Assembly: GCF_006345805.1 (NCBI RefSeq)
Contig: NW_021834295.1
Location: forward strand, 1 to 52,830
Source of the DNA: Octopus sinensis
Taxonomy: Eukaryota
DNA: 52,830 nucleotides
Direction: 5' to 3'
The position numbers and the translations under genes were made by a program. The notes beneath the pieces were generated by a model. That model had not been told where the DNA came from and made no database searches. It saw nothing but the letters and a program-made list of their open reading frames with translations. This document shows positions 52,475 through 52,830 of this stretch, in pieces; the stretch's first letter is position 1; each line of letters starts with the position of its first letter.

Positions 52475-52830
52475 ATCACGTGACCGACCAGACCATCAGA
52501 TGTTGTTACACATCGCTGGTATTAATGCGTTTCGAAGATTAAGTCCAAGAAGGAAGAAAGTTATTTACATATATCTATTCGTTTGCCCACTGGTGTTACA
52601 GAGACAGTAGTAATTCTAGTGATAGTGACAACAAGGATGACTCGCTAGTTAGTAGTTCATCGTAGAAAAAGTTTGTCTGTCTGTAGAGAGGGAAAGAGTA
52701 AGGTAGTCATGGTGCTGACTAGAAAGGAAGAAAAGATAAAGGTGGCATCGCCTTTCTCGCGGCTGAAAGCCTCTCTTTGCATGTTGAGCAAAGGGAAGTG
52801 CTGCTCTTGGTTAAGGCCGATGCAAAAGCC

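Overview
Eukaryotic, AT-rich, repeat-dense DNA. The SINE, RTE and microsatellite repertoire resembles an octopus/coleoid cephalopod genome (inference). All long ORFs at 1-14.4 kb are microsatellite artefacts. The one host gene I can support is a multi-exon gene on the minus strand (48625 down to 19883). I rebuilt it by hand from GT-AG sites, and every junction is in phase. It encodes about 15 ankyrin repeats, a C3HC4 RING and a death domain (707-792 aa) and looks mind bomb (MIB)-derived. It has two striking modules. (1) One exon holds eight near-identical 102-bp ankyrin units (39292-40107) whose amino-acid variation sits mostly at DARPin-type binding-face positions and is shuffled in mosaic fashion. 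(2) A 5x166-bp tandem repeat (about 24679-25494) carries, in every unit, a 51-nt phase-1/phase-1 exon with strong splice sites between the RING and death-domain exons. Together they suggest a diversifying sensor/E3 adaptor with a tunable linker (hypothesis only). The rest is RTE and L2/CR1 LINE remnants (one with a 612-aa RT ORF), tRNA-derived SINEs, non-autonomous Helitrons, mariner and piggyBac MITEs, a ~3.4-kb tandem segmental duplication, and a 4.5-kb (TATG)n satellite with ~600-bp higher-order structure.
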